A stretch of 63,888 nt of DNA, counting the filler, from Globobulimina sp. (lineage: Eukaryota): NCBI GenBank assembly GCA_003354225.1. It is 46 parts of 46 records of this genome, joined end to end, with 100 filler letters (N's around TTAATTAATTAA, not from the genome) between each part and the next. Parts side by side here need not be neighbours in the genome. Positions count along the whole stretch, not along the records: positions 62,599 to 63,888 come from PIVH01019336.1; 45 more parts are not named here. One strand, written 5' to 3'. Both the position numbers and the translations under genes were made by a program. Below the pieces are notes generated by a model. The model did not search any database, was not told where the DNA came from, and saw nothing but the letters and a program-made list of their open reading frames with translations. How positions within the stretch are numbered: the stretch's first letter is position 1; the number at the start of each line of letters is the position of its first letter. Shown piece by piece: positions 63,552 through 63,888 of this stretch.

Positions 63552-63829
63552 GTTTGGCATTTGCTGTTGACGATAAAGTATTTGTTCACAGTAAATGGAA
63601 TTCTGATAAATATAGAGATGTTATAAAACCGAAAACAATCATTTTATTGGATAAAGATGGAAATGTTGATGCATTTGGTTTAGATGCAAAAGAAATGTTT
63701 AGTATATGTATGATTTTGTTTTGTAAGTTATCAACAACTTTAAAAATATAATATTGTTTATCAGATATATGAAATTGAAATCAAAAAAGGATCATATGCT
63801 ATTTGAGAGATTTAAAATGATGTTATATG
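63552..63829 (+). CDS. HSPA12-like Hsp70 exon fragments
   Basis: AFA..KPKTIILLD....AFGLDAKE / LFERFKMMLY. Confidence 0.6.
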
Positions 63830-63888
63830 GTTTCGTTCTTTTCATATTTTTTAACATCAATTAATGATAATATCTAAATATATAAAAT

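Overview
This is not one locus. It is a concatenation of 46 short contigs sorted by length (13 x 1292 bp, 22 x 1291 bp, 11 x 1290 bp), joined by 45 identical 100-bp artificial linkers (N44-TTAATTAATTAA-N44, stops in all six frames), so gene order across linkers means nothing. Most contigs are AT-rich eukaryotic DNA in the standard code with short GT-AG introns (mostly about 57-104 nt). The gene mix (divergent G-alpha subunits, 7TM-like proteins, HFDISLEN kinase, PPR, RCC1, ART-like domain) looks like a foraminiferan/rhizarian genome; this is an inference. One segment is clearly bacterial (response regulator-histidine kinase), and a few contigs look animal-like (BEL/Pao protease, TSP1 protein), consistent with a single-cell amplified, mixed assembly. 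Best leads: (1) an intron-containing mRNA-capping guanylyltransferase fused to a cap N7-methyltransferase; (2) a family of short TIR elements shared by three contigs, one lying next to a MULE transposase; (3) an intron-bearing Merlin/IS1595 transposase; (4) a PLS-type PPR protein; (5) an ADP-ribosyltransferase-like domain; (6) an ADO/PCO oxygen sensor, with a Met-Cys G-alpha as a speculative substrate. All calls come from motif recognition by eye; no database searches were run.
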